From Deltaproteobacteria bacterium GWA2_45_12 (GTDB lineage: Bacteria; UBA10199), in NCBI GenBank assembly GCA_001797365.1, contig MGPH01000028.1:5687-69686 (forward strand): a stretch of DNA of 64,000 bases. Direction: 5' to 3'. Made by a program: the position numbers and the translations under genes. Each line of letters begins with the position of its first letter. Within the stretch, counting starts at the first letter, position 1. The notes below the pieces were generated by a model. The model searched no databases and was not told where the DNA came from. It saw only the letters and a program-made list of their open reading frames with translations. Below are positions 56,120-64,000 of this stretch, in pieces.

Positions 56120-58675
56120 TTACGTCAAGATTTTGTTGTAGGTAGATCTAACCTGATCCCTGTAGAGTTGCAAGGCCTGCCAGCAGTCATGGGCGTTTTT
56201 AAATCCCATGTTAAGGGCAATCTCTTCCATGTCCGGATCGTTGATTTTTAAACGATGAACAGACAATTCTTTTTTTAGAAAGACCTTGGCTTCAAAACTT
56301 CTGTAAAAAGTGTAGGCCTCTTTAAGGAGAAGGGCCTCGGTCTGGTTTTTGAGCAGGTTGAGTTCAAGGAGCCTGTCTAATCCTTCAAAAGTATTCTGGG
56401 TTCTTAGCGCGGCATATTCATGCCCGCAGATGAGTTGAAGGTATTGAAGCAGGAATTCAATATCCATGATGCCACCGCATCCCAATTTGAAGTCGATTTC
56501 ATTTTTGGATTCATGGGCCAGTTCTTTTTCAACACGCATGCGAAGACGGTTCATTTCATCTTTGATGCTTTCGGGGTATTTTTGATTGAACAAAAGAACC
56601 TTGATATTTTCCATGACAAAACGGTTGAAAGCGGCAGGGCCTATCATGGGATGGGCTCGCAGAAGGGCTTGTCGCTCCCAGATTTGGGAGGCGTTTTTCT
56701 GGTATTCCATGAACTGATGAAACGAAGTGACAAGCAGGCCCTGTTTTCCTGAAGGCCGCAATTCGGTGTCAACTTTATAGGCAAAGCCTTGGCGGGTCGT
56801 GACTGAAAGGACAAAAATAAATTTTTGGGCAAGCCGTGCAAAAAACTCCTGGTTGGAGATTATTTTTGGCCCTGTGGTTTCCCCTTCTTCGGAATAGATA
56901 AAGATAAGATCGAGGTCGGATCCATACCCCAATTCAAAGCCCCCAAATTTCCCCATGCCCATGGCGACTAATTCGGAAGGTTTGGGCGAGACATTGTTCT
57001 GTAAATATTGGGGAACCCCATAAATGGGTTTTAGCAGCTCAAATGAAAGTTCAAGACCTTTTTGGGCGATGGCTTCTGCCAGAAGCGAAAGCTTGAATGC
57101 CATTGTTTTTCTGGAAATACCCTTGAATCTTTCCAGTTTTATTATTTCAGCGATATGGTTTTTCTTGAATATTCTTAAAGCATCGAGATTTTCTTCCAAA
57201 TTCTTGGGAGCAAAAGAGAGCTCATTCATGGAATCGCGATAATGGTACAAGGGAATATCGATGGGGCGTTTTGTAAAGCGGGCTGGGACGGTTGTTGGGG
57301 CGTCATCTGCAAAGAGGCGGTTATAAATTTCATGATTTCTTTGAGTGGCTTTTTGGAGGTCTTGTTGAAAGTGAAAACTGGCTTCTTCCAACGAGTCATG
57401 CATATAGCCCATGCTTCGTGCGGCCTCACCAAGGCTTTGAGGTGAAAGATGGAGATCATGGGTTTGTGCCTCGTCCACCATTTGCAGGCGATGCTCCAGT
57501 TTTCTTAAGAAGAGATACGATTCCCTTAAATGTTTGGCATCCTCATTTCCGAGGAGTTTACTTTCTACAAGGGAAGCCAGAGCCTTTAAACTGTTACGAT
57601 GTCTTAATGATGGGATTCTTCCTCCATAAATAAGCAAAAAGGCCTGGATGAAAAACTCGATTTCACGAATGCCCCCCAGGCCTAGTTTCACATTATAAAT
57701 CTTTCCGGTTGATTTGGTGGCGGTGTTTATTTTTTGCTTGATGGATTGCACTTCTTGAATGCTGACCCAGTCCAAATGTTTGCGGTAAACGAAAGCGGTC
57801 ATGGTTTCCAAAAAATCTTCCCCCAGTTTTTGGTCCCCCAGACAAGGGGCTGCTTTAATATAAGCCTGTCTTTCCCAATTGGCTCCCACTGTCTCATAAT
57901 AGGTTTCCATGGAAAGTTTTGTCTGAATAAGGGCTCCGTCCCGTCCTTGGGGCCGCAAGTCCCAATCAACCCGATAAAAAAATCCGTTTTCGGTTCGGGT
58001 TTGAAGGGTATGTGTCAAATTTTGAAAATGACGACTAAAGAATTCCTTGGTGGAATATTTCCCCCCATAATCGAATTCGTTTTCGATGAAAGCAATAAGG
58101 TCAACGTCAGAACTATAATTGATTTCCATTCCTCCTAACTTCCCCATGGCCAGGGCATGGTAAGCACATTCATGGCCGTACTCATTGGTGGGCTTTCCCC
58201 ATTTTGCAACCGATTCTTCATAGGTTAGATGATTTATGGTTTGAAGAAGTAGATAACAAAGTGCTGATAATTCAGATAAAATCTCTTCCTGCGAAGTTCC
58301 ATTTAAATCTTTGAGAGTGAGGCGTAAGTATTCACGATATTTGTAGGTGCATAAAGCTTCCAAGCTGGAAGGAGATTTCTGGAGGAGGTTTTTGATTTCT
58401 TTTTTGATAACGGAAGCATCTTTAGGTTTACTTAAATAAGGGGAAGAAAAAAAAGTGTCAGCTTCGGCAGGGTTTTTTATGAGCCAAGCACTTAAAAAAT
58501 GGGAAGTCCCAAATATTTGTAACAGTTTGATATTATTTGATTTATTAGAATTGAAAGATTTTTTAACGTCACTTTTATAGCATTCTTGGAATTTCTCCCA
58601 ATCAAGAAAGGCCTCATGGGGGCGGGGGGATTTCTTAAAAACACTGTCGATATCATGATCTAAAACTTTTTTCAT
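56120..58675 (-). CDS. glnE: bifunctional glutamine synthetase adenylyltransferase / adenylyl-removing enzyme GlnE
   Basis: Two nucleotidyltransferase cores (GKLGGMEINYSSDVDLIAF; GKFGGFELGYGSDLDLIF). Start ATG 58673-58675; the ORF tool extension covers a repeat. Confidence 0.9.
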   Translation of the reverse strand: MKKVLDHDIDSVFKKSPRPHEAFLDWEKFQECYKSDVKKSFNSNKSNNIKLLQIFGTSHFLSAWLIKNPAEADTFFSSPYLSKPKDASVIKKEIKNLLQKSPSSLEALCTYKYREYLRLTLKDLNGTSQEEILSELSALCYLLLQTINHLTYEESVAKWGKPTNEYGHECAYHALAMGKLGGMEINYSSDVDLIAFIENEFDYGGKYSTKEFFSRHFQNLTHTLQTRTENGFFYRVDWDLRPQGRDGALIQTKLSMETYYETVGANWERQAYIKAAPCLGDQKLGEDFLETMTAFVYRKHLDWVSIQEVQSIKQKINTATKSTGKIYNVKLGLGGIREIEFFIQAFLLIYGGRIPSLRHRNSLKALASLVESKLLGNEDAKHLRESYLFLRKLEHRLQMVDEAQTHDLHLSPQSLGEAARSMGYMHDSLEEASFHFQQDLQKATQRNHEIYNRLFADDAPTTVPARFTKRPIDIPLYHYRDSMNELSFAPKNLEENLDALRIFKKNHIAEIIKLERFKGISRKTMAFKLSLLAEAIAQKGLELSFELLKPIYGVPQYLQNNVSPKPSELVAMGMGKFGGFELGYGSDLDLIFIYSEEGETTGPKIISNQEFFARLAQKFIFVLSVTTRQGFAYKVDTELRPSGKQGLLVTSFHQFMEYQKNASQIWERQALLRAHPMIGPAAFNRFVMENIKVLLFNQKYPESIKDEMNRLRMRVEKELAHESKNEIDFKLGCGGIMDIEFLLQYLQLICGHEYAALRTQNTFEGLDRLLELNLLKNQTEALLLKEAYTFYRSFEAKVFLKKELSVHRLKINDPDMEEIALNMGFKNAHDCWQALQLYRDQVRSTYNKILT

Positions 58676-58747
58676 TTTAATCAACAAGAACAAAAACTTG
58701 ATCCGTTTTTTATTTTTGCCCCTGGGGGCAGAAATAAAAAACGGATC

Positions 58748-58792
58748 AACCCTGAGCGATCCGCTGCGGAGAGTCGAAGGGTCGCTCAGGAT
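58748..58792. repeat. Family-2 repeat aaccctgagcgatccgctgcggagagtcgaagggtcgctcaggat
   Basis: Lies upstream of the glnE start. Confidence 0.8.
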
Positions 58793-58956
58793 TAAAAAAT
58801 ATTTTGTGAATATGTCACAATAAGTCAAAAAAGAGTCTATCACAACTATCTGACATAGTTCGAGAATTTTATACTTTAATGCACTGCGATAGAAGAGAAT
58901 AGAATTGTTGATAATTTGTCAGTGACAATAAATCGTCAAAAATTGTACACTTAGCC

Positions 58957-60237
58957 TTGTTGTGGGGGGAGGGGGAGAGGTTAGTGAATAAGGGGGAATT
59001 CCATTCTATTGTTGAAGGGGTTGGTGTTTTTGGTGAGCCCGAGTTTGCGGCTTACTTTCAACGACTCTTTGAAAACGAACCCATTTCATTTGATTCTTTT
59101 ACTAGTCTTCCTGATTTTTTTTCATTTATTACAAACCAGCATCCCCGGTTGATTATCATCAATGGGTCTCATTTTTCCCAGTTAGAAAATTTTGAAAACT
59201 TTTCGCAATTAAAAGCTTATCTAGATCAGATGAAGATTGTAAGTCTTGTGATCACAAAAACAGTGAAAGAAATTAATCAATGGCGTAGTTTGAATTGGCC
59301 AAATATCCGTTTTTATAACGGTTCGATTATTTCCCAAAATTTGAAACAAAAAGTAAAAAATATGATGCAGGAAAGACTATTTTTGGAAAAGCCTTCTTTG
59401 GCCATCATCAGCAAACAGGCCTATTTGAGCACCCAAGTGGAACTTATTTTAAAGAACTATGGTTTCAGGATTCATTCAACCATGCCCCCTTCCTCCAAAG
59501 AGAAAATAATGGCCATGACCAGTGAGGGATTGGATGGCATTTTATGGGATGTTCAGGCCTGGAACGAGAATAGCCAGGGGATTGTTTCACAAATGAATGA
59601 ACAAATGCCCCATCAAAAGATTCCCATTATTTTTGTTTCGGAGGCTCCCGTTTTTAACAAGGACAAACTGAAAAATGATGCGGTTTGCATTCGTCATGAA
59701 AAAGAACTGATAAGTCGTATTTATCAAGATTTAACCGTTTCAGAAACCCCGGAAGTCGTTAGGTTGCGCGATGAACAAACAGGTCTCTACTTGCCTGCCA
59801 TTTTCTTTGGACTGGCAGAGCGTGAAATGAGGATGGCGGCCAAGCATCGTGAAGAAATGGCGATCATTAAATTGACCATTGATAATTTAGGAGCCTTGGC
59901 CGATGAGTACGGGCCCATTTTTACGGCAAGTCTTGTCAATAACTTGGGGTTGTTTATCAAGAACAGGGTTCGTCATACCGACTTGGTGGCCAAAGGAGAA
60001 ACAGGGCATGCCCTCCTTATGCTTAATCGTGTGACACCTGATCTGGCCAATTTGGTTGCCGAAAAATTGCGTAATCAATTTAAAAGCATTGCCTCCTTTG
60101 ATGGGAAGGTCAGTTTTTGTCCGGAACTTCGTTACGAAGTGATTTGTTTCCCACGTGATTTTGCGTCCATTGAAGAAGCCAAACAACTTTTCCAAACAGC
60201 TTTTCCCGGTATTTTATGCCAGCCAGCCCTGGCTTGA
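58957..60237 (+). CDS. degenerate GGDEF-domain protein with two N-terminal receiver-like domains (start uncertain, GTG 58984 possible)
   Basis: GGDEF fold (TGLYLPAIFF.. IDNLGAL..) with the active-site GG[DE]EF replaced by GETGH. Confidence 0.6.
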   Translation: MLWGEGERLVNKGEFHSIVEGVGVFGEPEFAAYFQRLFENEPISFDSFTSLPDFFSFITNQHPRLIIINGSHFSQLENFENFSQLKAYLDQMKIVSLVITKTVKEINQWRSLNWPNIRFYNGSIISQNLKQKVKNMMQERLFLEKPSLAIISKQAYLSTQVELILKNYGFRIHSTMPPSSKEKIMAMTSEGLDGILWDVQAWNENSQGIVSQMNEQMPHQKIPIIFVSEAPVFNKDKLKNDAVCIRHEKELISRIYQDLTVSETPEVVRLRDEQTGLYLPAIFFGLAEREMRMAAKHREEMAIIKLTIDNLGALADEYGPIFTASLVNNLGLFIKNRVRHTDLVAKGETGHALLMLNRVTPDLANLVAEKLRNQFKSIASFDGKVSFCPELRYEVICFPRDFASIEEAKQLFQTAFPGILCQPALA

Positions 60238-60333
60238 CAGCCGTTGTTCTTCCTGACTATAAAGCTCTTCGTGAGATTACCCTTTTTAAAAGATTTTATT
60301 GGTCGTTTTCAAAAGACGGATCATCATTTAACC

Positions 60334-61002
60334 ATGGAAACAAACAGTCAAACCGAAGATGTGTGTGTATTTCCGCTCCCCAATGTTGTTTTATTACCGG
60401 GGGTCGTGTTGCCGTTGCATATTTTTGAGGACCGCTACAAGCAAATGACTGATGAGGCGATTACCACGAGCACTCCAGTAGCGCTTAGCTTAAGCCGGGC
60501 TCTCCCTAACGGAGAAAAACAGAACAGCACCATATGTGGCGCCGGGAAAATAAATATCATTCAATACTATCCCGATGGCCGCAAAGATGTCTGTGTGGAA
60601 GGGGTGAAGCGGTTAAAAATTGTGGAGTACATCCAAAAAGAACCTTATTTAAAGGCCAAGGCCTGCCAGCTTACCGATATTCCTTTTGCCAACCAGATCC
60701 TTGAAAATCAGTATAAAAGAGAGCTTTCCCTTTTGGCTAAACGCTGGGTCTTTTTAAATCCCGATTTGCAAGATCATCTTATGGACTATGTAAACATCTT
60801 TAAAACGCCGCATCATTTGGCTGATTTTATCGCTTTTTATTTTTTACCTTCGCCCAAAGAAAAACAAAATCTGCTCGAAATGCTGGATTGTACCCGGCGT
60901 GTTGAAAAAATGATGGGGTTTCTTGAAGGCCAGATCAGGAAATTTGAGCAGCAGGATCACACCAACATCAATCATGGGGCCCCGGTTAAAATTTTGCACT
61001 AG
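60334..61002 (+). CDS. stand-alone Lon N-terminal (LON substrate-binding) domain protein
   Basis: FPLPNVVLLPGVVLPLHIFEDRY Lon-N signature. No AAA or protease domain. Confidence 0.7.
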   Translation: METNSQTEDVCVFPLPNVVLLPGVVLPLHIFEDRYKQMTDEAITTSTPVALSLSRALPNGEKQNSTICGAGKINIIQYYPDGRKDVCVEGVKRLKIVEYIQKEPYLKAKACQLTDIPFANQILENQYKRELSLLAKRWVFLNPDLQDHLMDYVNIFKTPHHLADFIAFYFLPSPKEKQNLLEMLDCTRRVEKMMGFLEGQIRKFEQQDHTNINHGAPVKILH

Positions 61003-61007
61003 TCCTC

Positions 61008-62084
61008 ATGAGTTCAATTATTTCACAAGTTAAAAAAAATATTCTGGAAGGGAAGCGCCTTACCGAAGCAGAAGCCCTATCCCTTTATTCTGTTGATAAT
61101 ATCTTTGAACTGGGCAGGTTAGCCAACGTGGTTCGGGAAAATATTCATCAAGACAAGACTTATTACATTGTGAATCGCCATATTGATTATTCCAATGTGT
61201 GCGCGATTAAGTGTAAATTTTGTGCTTTTGCCAAGAAAAAGGGTGAGGAAGGCAGCTTTGAATTTTCCATTGATGAAATTGTTCGCCGTGCCAAGGAAGG
61301 CTTGGTACGCGGCATTACCGAGGTTCATATTGTGGGTGGTTTTCATCCAACCCATCCCTGGGAATTTTATACGGGTCTGATGCGGGCTTTAAAAAAAGAG
61401 ACACCCTCCATTCATGTAAAGGCTTTTACAGCAGCAGAGATTCGTTATTTTTCCAAAAAATTTCGAAAAACGGAACGGCAGGTTTTTGAAGAATTGTTGC
61501 GGGCGGGGCTTGATTCCATGCCTGGTGGGGGGGCTGAAATTTTTGACGAGGAAGTGCGTAAGGAAATTTGCGGCCCAAAAGGGTCTGCCGAACACTGGAT
61601 TACAACCCACAAATTAGCCCATAGCCTGGGCTTAAAAACCAATGCGACCATGCTTTATGGACATGTAGAACAATTAAAGCACCGCATTGACCATATGAGA
61701 CGCATTCGCCAGCTTCAGGATGAAACAGAAGGTTTTTTGTCCTTTATTCCTTTGGCGTTTAACCCCAAAGATACCGAATACGAAGCCAAGGGCTATACAA
61801 GCGCCATTGACGACTTAAAAACCCTGGCCATTGCCCGTTTGTATATGGATAATGTTCGCCATATCAAAGCGTATTGGGTGATGTCGGGGGTGGACACAGC
61901 CCAAATGGCGCAGTCTTTTGGTGCCGATGATTTTCATGGCACCGTCATTGATGAAAACATCACACACATGGCGGGAGCCACCAGTCCGGAAGATTTACCC
62001 GAAGCAAATATTATCAAACTCATCCGCGAAGCAGGCCGCAGACCGGTTCAGCGCGATTCTTTATATCGCGAAATTATAATCTGA
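61008..62084 (+). CDS. radical SAM enzyme of the MqnC/MqnE/CofH family (futalosine-pathway menaquinone biosynthesis)
   Basis: CAIKCKFCAF (CxxxCxxC followed by AF) cluster; 358 aa. Confidence 0.8.
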   Translation: MSSIISQVKKNILEGKRLTEAEALSLYSVDNIFELGRLANVVRENIHQDKTYYIVNRHIDYSNVCAIKCKFCAFAKKKGEEGSFEFSIDEIVRRAKEGLVRGITEVHIVGGFHPTHPWEFYTGLMRALKKETPSIHVKAFTAAEIRYFSKKFRKTERQVFEELLRAGLDSMPGGGAEIFDEEVRKEICGPKGSAEHWITTHKLAHSLGLKTNATMLYGHVEQLKHRIDHMRRIRQLQDETEGFLSFIPLAFNPKDTEYEAKGYTSAIDDLKTLAIARLYMDNVRHIKAYWVMSGVDTAQMAQSFGADDFHGTVIDENITHMAGATSPEDLPEANIIKLIREAGRRPVQRDSLYREIII

Positions 62085-62118
62085 TTCAGCGCGATTCTTT
62101 CTCGCATTGTAACTGGTT

Positions 62119-62237
62119 GGACATGGTGAGCCCCGTCGAACCATGATTCTTGATATAAATGAGCCAATATTATCCCAGAATGACCCTTCGATCACCGCGT
62201 AGCGGGACCCCGTATGCGGGGCAAGCTCAGGGTGTCC
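62119..62237. mobile_element. second copy of the MITE-like element (variant internal segment)
   Basis: 5' 29 nt identical to the 38188 copy. 3' end is gctcagggtgtcc. Confidence 0.7.
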
Positions 62238-62269
62238 TTGTTAGAAAGTGCTGACTGGTTATCTCGCAT

Positions 62270-62322
62270 TATATTATGTAAACTTAGGCCTGTCTTAAAA
62301 CAGCCTAAGTTTACATAATATA
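62270..62322 (+). promoter_or_regulatory. perfect 20 bp stem hairpin (attatattatgtaaacttaggc ... gcctaagtttacataatat) upstream of shc
   Basis: Lies between the radical SAM gene and the shc start at 62355. Confidence 0.5.
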
Positions 62323-62354
62323 TATTATACGACATAACATTTGTCGGAATTTAT

Positions 62355-64000
62355 ATGAGCCATTTTCAAAGCCCGCTCACTCTTTACAAAGCTTCTCCGG
62401 AAATATTTCAAAATTTAAATGAAGCGATTGATAAAGCTTCTTCTTTGATGCTTTCCCACCAAAGTGCCGATGGTTATTGGTGGTATACCCTTGAAGCCAA
62501 TGAATCGATTAACGCGGCCAGTATTTTTCTGATGCATTATTTAAATGCGGTTGATTTGGGGTTTCAAGACCAGCTGGCAAATCGTATAAAAGCTTCCCAG
62601 ACCTTAGATGGTTCCTGGCCCACCTATTTTGAAGGCCCGGGCGATCTAAGTAATACGATGGAATGCTATTTTGCCCTCAAATTATCAGGCCTATCGCCCC
62701 AAGACCCGGTTATGGTGAAAGCCCAGGAGTTTGTCCGAAATCATGGAGGGCTTTCACAGTGCCGTATTTTTACCCGTATTACATTGGCCCAGTTTGGAAT
62801 TATTCCCTGGAATGCATGCCCAGCCATGCCCGTATGGTTTATCATGGCGCCCAATAAATTTTCGGTTAATATCTATGAATTTTCCAGTTGGGCCAGGGCC
62901 ACCATTGTTCCTTTGCTGATCATTCTGGATCAAAAACGGATTCACAAATTACCGGATGGATTTCTTGATGAACTTGTTTGTGAAGAGCAAATTTCGTGGG
63001 CTTTTAAAGGTTCTTCAAGCCCTTCCTTACTTGAAAAGGCACTCTTATTTAACGACAAAATACTTAAGTATTTCAATAATTTAAATATAATTCCTTTAAG
63101 AAAAAGATCATTGTTGAGGTGTGAAACTTGGATCCGTAAGCATGTTGACCGAACTGAAGACATTTTTCCGGCTTTAGCCAATGCAGCCATGGCTCTTTTT
63201 AGTTTGGGATACCCCCTTTCAGACCCAGGCATTCAAAAATGTCTCCATGCCTTAAAAAAATTTCGCATAGCCCTTCCTCATGCCGCCCTCATTGGTGAAC
63301 TTCCCGAAAAAATCAACATCCCCCAACATGGGAGCTATCAGCAATGCTGTGTTTCCCCTGTTTGGGACACTCCTTGGATGGGAATGGCGCTTTTAGAGGC
63401 AGGTTTGGGGGAGAAAAATCCCTCTTTAATAAAAGCAGCTCGCTGGCTTATTTCAAAACAAATTCTCAATGTGTATGGGGACTGGGCTGTTAAAAATAAA
63501 AACGCATTGGCAGGAGGATGGTCTTTTGAATTTGAAAACGATTATTTTCCTGATGTGGATGACACCATTGAAGTACTTCTTTTTTTGCAAAAGATGGGAC
63601 TTAACCCCGATGAATTAAAAACTCCTCTTAGCCGGGGTTTAAGTTGGGTCCTTTCCATGCAATCCAAAAACGGAGGTTGGGCCGCTTTTGATAAGGACAA
63701 TACCAAAGAAATTTTAAACCAAATCCCCTTTTCTGATTACAAAGCCTGTCTGGATCAACCTTCTGCCGATATCACCGCACGCATGCTTGAACTTTTATCG
63801 CAAAATGGTTTTACAAAAAATTCTTCCGTGGTCTCCAAGGCCATTGCCTTTTTGGAAAAGGAGCAGCATTCCAGTGGTGCTTGGTTGGGTCGTTGGGGAG
63901 TCAATTATATTTATGGTACCTGGTGTGTGTTGCAGGGTTTAAGGGCCATTGGCTATGATATGCAATCTGAAAGGATTCAAAAAGCCGTTTTATGGCTTAA
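62355..64000 (+). CDS. shc: squalene-hopene cyclase, 5' part (continues beyond window)
   Basis: QW motifs (QSADGYWW, QTLDGSW). NIYEFSSWARATIVPL, ISPVWDT, GDWAVK, DVDDT catalytic motif, MQSKNGGWAAFD, GRWGVNYIYGT. Frame is open to the window end. Confidence 0.9.
   Translation, partial: MSHFQSPLTLYKASPEIFQNLNEAIDKASSLMLSHQSADGYWWYTLEANESINAASIFLMHYLNAVDLGFQDQLANRIKASQTLDGSWPTYFEGPGDLSNTMECYFALKLSGLSPQDPVMVKAQEFVRNHGGLSQCRIFTRITLAQFGIIPWNACPAMPVWFIMAPNKFSVNIYEFSSWARATIVPLLIILDQKRIHKLPDGFLDELVCEEQISWAFKGSSSPSLLEKALLFNDKILKYFNNLNIIPLRKRSLLRCETWIRKHVDRTEDIFPALANAAMALFSLGYPLSDPGIQKCLHALKKFRIALPHAALIGELPEKINIPQHGSYQQCCVSPVWDTPWMGMALLEAGLGEKNPSLIKAARWLISKQILNVYGDWAVKNKNALAGGWSFEFENDYFPDVDDTIEVLLFLQKMGLNPDELKTPLSRGLSWVLSMQSKNGGWAAFDKDNTKEILNQIPFSDYKACLDQPSADITARMLELLSQNGFTKNSSVVSKAIAFLEKEQHSSGAWLGRWGVNYIYGTWCVLQGLRAIGYDMQSERIQKAVLWL

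Noticed and set aside
1-64000. CRISPR array.
   Set aside because: All direct repeats found are palindromic REP/MITE-like, occur singly or in pairs at scattered loci, and have no regular repeat-spacer periodicity. There are no cas genes.

Overview
This 64 kb window is a bacterial chromosomal segment on both strands, about 42-45% GC, dominated by housekeeping genes. I see no rRNA genes, CRISPR arrays, or transposase or phage genes; the only tyrosine recombinase is the xerC homolog sitting in the canonical xerC-hslVU arrangement. Recognisable blocks, in order:
- a partial MntA-like nucleotidyltransferase plus HepT toxin pair at the 5' edge
- enoyl-CoA hydratase and LipB (divergent)
- an acyltransferase/epimerase operon
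- gltB-gltD glutamate synthase
- a membrane protein, an NAD epimerase and an HD-GYP response regulator in one minus-strand operon
- three small proteins, then tRNA-Pro(GGG)
- recG and lipA
- an AlkP-family lipoprotein, a HAD phosphatase and a LicC-like nucleotidyltransferase
- a TetR regulator with etfB-etfA
- xerC-hslV-hslU, then argB-argD-argF-argG
- a TolC-like outer membrane protein, MlaC and an AlkP-family protein
- dnaK, typA/bipA, dnaJ
- a Bat-type aerotolerance operon (MoxR, DUF58, DUF4381-like, BatA, BatB, BatD, BatE-like)
- a lysophospholipase-like hydrolase
- a large GC-rich Cys-rich secreted protein
- glnE with an unknown ligase-like protein
- a degenerate GGDEF protein plus a Lon-N domain protein
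- an MqnC/MqnE-family radical SAM enzyme and the 5' part of squalene-hopene cyclase running off the 3' edge
The most unusual property is an extremely high density of short palindromic repeat families (at least 5 families, more than 25 copies). They sit at gene ends, provide stop and start codons, and in several cases lie in-frame inside conserved genes (lipB, a polytopic membrane protein, a DUF4381-like Bat gene), in the manner of Rickettsia palindromic elements. Also notable are a tRNA-Pro followed by two tandem degenerate copies of its own 3' half, and two compositionally or structurally odd Cys/Asp-rich secreted proteins.
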